Assembly (NCBI GenBank): GCA_039589315.1 | Contig: JBDHHQ010000019.1 | Coordinates: 1-61,244, forward strand | DNA: 61,244 nt | Source: Gemmatimonadota bacterium | Lineage (GTDB): Bacteria > Gemmatimonadota > Gemmatimonadetes > Longimicrobiales > Gaopeijiaceae | Direction of reading: 5' to 3' | Shown here: positions 59,157 through 61,244 of the stretch, in pieces | Layout: each line of letters starts with the position of its first letter | Position numbering within the stretch: position 1 is the stretch's first letter | Notes under the pieces: generated by a model | Seen by the model: the letters and a program-made list of their open reading frames with translations, nothing else | Databases searched by the model: none | Told to the model about the DNA's origin: nothing | Translations under genes and position numbers: made by a program

Positions 59157-59468
59157 TCAACCCATCTCGTAGAGCTCGATGGCGTCGCCCTCGGACAGCT
59201 TCACCACTGCCTTTTTGAACGAGGGCCTACGGCCGATGTCGAAGTTCTTGGCCAGGTGCCCCAGAAACGCCCGCCGGGCCTTGCCGGGATAGCGCATTGT
59301 CCGAACGTCCTTCACCGTGACGTCCCAAAGCGTTTCGATAGCCCGGGCGATCTCGATCTTGTTCGCCCGCTCGTGCACGATGAAGGTGTAGACGTTCTCG
59401 TCGCCCATCTGCGCGGTGGACTTCTCGGTCACCACCGGGCTCACGATGACTTCGTGGGCGTCACGCAT
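59157..59468 (-). CDS. rplW: 50S ribosomal protein L23
   Basis: PVVTEKS, ANKIEI..A.E, KKAVV.L; syntenic position. Confidence 0.96.
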   Translation of the reverse strand: MRDAHEVIVSPVVTEKSTAQMGDENVYTFIVHERANKIEIARAIETLWDVTVKDVRTMRYPGKARRAFLGHLAKNFDIGRRPSFKKAVVKLSEGDAIELYEMG

Positions 59469-60177
59469 CTGGCGCCTCCTCGGCCGCAGGCGTCTCTGCC
59501 GCCGCGGTCTCGTCCGTGAGCGCGTCCTCGGCCTCTGACCCGGTGGCCTGCGCCTTCGTGGGGTCGCCGGCGTCCAGGGCGCCCCGCTCGATGATCACCG
59601 TGGACGCCCACAGCACGTCGTACGTCGAGGCGTCCTTGAACGACCGCACCTCCACGCCAGGCAGATTGCGGGCGGACAGGTAGACGTTGCGACTGTTGCC
59701 GTCCGTCAGCAGCAGGACCTTGCCCTCGGCGCCGATGGACGCCAGGAAGTCCCGGACGACGGCCGTTTTGGGCTCCTCCATGGACAGGGCGTCGATCAGG
59801 ACGACGCGGTCCTCCTGGGCTCGGGCGTTGAAGGCCGAGCGGCGTGCCAGGGCCCGCACCTTGCGGGGCAGCTTCTCCCGCCAGGAATGGGGCTGGGGCG
59901 GGAACGCCATTCCACCCCCGGCCCACTGGGAGGCCCGGATCGTTCCCTGACGGGCACGGCCTGTACCCTTCTGCCGCCAGGGCTTACGCGACCCGCCGGC
60001 CACCGCCGATCGGTTCTTGCGCGCCGCGGTCCCCTGGCGTTGGTTGGCCAGGTAGGCCTTCACCGCCTGGTGGAGAACGGGCTGATTCACGACGCCGTCG
60101 AAGAGCCACTCGGGCAATGCCCGAGCCCGACCCTTCGAGCCGTCCGTCTTGAAGTAGGGCGCCTTATACATCGTCAC
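59461..60177 (-). CDS. rplD: 50S ribosomal protein L4
   Basis: RQGT, GG..KPWRQKGTGRARQG, SARNLP.V. Confidence 0.98.
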   Translation of the reverse strand: MTMYKAPYFKTDGSKGRARALPEWLFDGVVNQPVLHQAVKAYLANQRQGTAARKNRSAVAGGSRKPWRQKGTGRARQGTIRASQWAGGGMAFPPQPHSWREKLPRKVRALARRSAFNARAQEDRVVLIDALSMEEPKTAVVRDFLASIGAEGKVLLLTDGNSRNVYLSARNLPGVEVRSFKDASTYDVLWASTVIIERGALDAGDPTKAQATGSEAEDALTDETAAAETPAAEEAPDA

Positions 60178-60791
60178 TTCTGGATGAGAACGTAGCTGTT
60201 ACGCGCTCCCGGAACCCCACCCTTGATGAAGAGCAGGTTGCGCTCCGGGTCGACTCTGACCACCTCGAGATTCCGGACCGTGGTCCGGGCGCCGCCCATG
60301 CGGCCGGGGAGCTTCTTCCCCTTGATCACCCGCGACGGGTCCGTACCGGATCCCATGGAGCCCGGGGTCCGCGACATGGGATGGCCGTGGCCGCCGGGAC
60401 GGCCGGCGAATCCGTGACGCTTGACGACGCCCTGAAAGCCGCGGCCCTTCGACGTTCCGCTGACCTTCACCTTCTCGCCGGTTTCGAACAGCCCCACCGT
60501 GACGGCCTGGCCGAGCTCGTACTCTTCGCCCTCGGCCATGCGGAACTCGCGGAGGATGCGGGGCGCCGCCTCGACCCCGGCCTTCGCGGCGTGACCGACC
60601 TCGGCCTTGGCGGCGCGCTTGGCCTTCTTGCCACCGAAGCCGAGCTGAACGGCGTTGTATCCGTCCGTCTCCTCGGTCTTGATCTGCACCACCGGGCAGG
60701 GCCCTGCCTCTACGACTGTGCACGGCACGGCCGAGCCGTCTTCCAGGAAGACGCGGATCATTCCGACTTTCTTGCCAATGAGTCCGGGCAT
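60174..60791 (-). CDS. rplC: 50S ribosomal protein L3
   Basis: GKKVGM, DGYNAVQLG, SKGRGFQGVVKRHGF, KGGVPG. Confidence 0.99.
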   Translation of the reverse strand: MPGLIGKKVGMIRVFLEDGSAVPCTVVEAGPCPVVQIKTEETDGYNAVQLGFGGKKAKRAAKAEVGHAAKAGVEAAPRILREFRMAEGEEYELGQAVTVGLFETGEKVKVSGTSKGRGFQGVVKRHGFAGRPGGHGHPMSRTPGSMGSGTDPSRVIKGKKLPGRMGGARTTVRNLEVVRVDPERNLLFIKGGVPGARNSYVLIQK

Positions 60792-60795
60792 GTCC

Positions 60796-61104
60796 CTAAT
60801 CCACCTTGATCTCCACGTCGACCCCTGCCGGAAGGTCCAGCTTGGTCAACGCGTCGATGGTCTGGGGCCGGCTGTCCAGGATGTCGATGAGCCGCTTGTG
60901 CGTGCGCATCTCGAACTGCTCCCGGCTCTTCTTGTCGATGTGCGGTGACCGAAGCACGGTCCACCTCTGCCGGCGGGTGGGAAGCGGGATGGGCCCGCTC
61001 ACCATGGCGCCGGTCTTCTGCGCTGTGCGCACGATGTCGGCCGCGGTCTGATCCACCACCCAGTGGTCGAACGCCTTCAGCCTGATACGAATCCTGCCAG
61101 CCAT
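60796..61104 (-). CDS. rpsJ: 30S ribosomal protein S10
   Basis: [36 protein letters not shown]. Confidence 0.99.
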   Translation of the reverse strand: MAGRIRIRLKAFDHWVVDQTAADIVRTAQKTGAMVSGPIPLPTRRQRWTVLRSPHIDKKSREQFEMRTHKRLIDILDSRPQTIDALTKLDLPAGVDVEIKVD

Positions 61105-61122
61105 CGGTTATCCCCGATCCGG

Positions 61123-61244
61123 TTACTCGGTGATTTCGGTGACGACGCCGGCGCCCACGGTGCGGCCGCCTTCGCGGATGGCGAACCGGAGCTCGGTGTC
61201 CATGGCGATGGGCGTGATCAGGTCCACCTCCATCTGCACGTTGT
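61123..61244 (-). CDS. tuf: Elongation factor Tu, 3' end (partial)
   Basis: Hand translation ...[32 protein letters not shown] followed by TAA. Confidence 0.97.
   Translation of the reverse strand, partial: NVQMEVDLITPIAMDTELRFAIREGGRTVGAGVVTEITE

Noticed and set aside
1..61244. tRNA, rRNA, SRP RNA, tmRNA, riboswitch, CRISPR array or transposase
   Set aside because: No recognisable signature found by eye in any intergenic region. An Infernal/tRNAscan run would be needed to exclude divergent RNAs.

Overview
High-GC bacterial chromosome segment, most likely Gemmatimonadota (inferred from gene content and protein style, not from a database search). Every gene except the PpiD/SurA-like chaperone (431..2269) lies on the minus strand. 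Read in transcription order from the right end, the window holds: the 3' end of tuf; the S10-spc-alpha ribosomal cluster with secY, adk, map, rpmJ and rpoA (no infA); rpmB; a nucleotide-sugar and sulfate-activation operon (WbpA-type dehydrogenase, fused Sat-CysC, SLC13 permease, CysQ, Ugd, UXS-like decarboxylase, WbpP-like epimerase, two TPR proteins); bamD, nadD, secA, radC, rel, uvrB, tsaE, tsaB, rimI; a LysM/TsaP-like protein; an epimerase coupled to the Tol-Pal genes; nrdR, tatC, lptD; a tandem-FN3 lipoprotein; a large SgmX-like TPR protein; a polyprenyl synthase, a DUF4321-like protein and tatA. Most of this is ordinary housekeeping. The best candidate for an undescribed system is the operon at 33015..44333, which appears sigma-54 driven, would supply PAPS plus UDP-uronic acid/xylose/HexNAc precursors, and has no reductive cys genes or transferases in the window. 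Two non-coding elements also stand out: a 165-bp MITE-like insertion at the tsaB stop codon and a 145-bp multibranch inverted-repeat element between secY and adk. I saw no tRNA, rRNA, CRISPR array or transposase.
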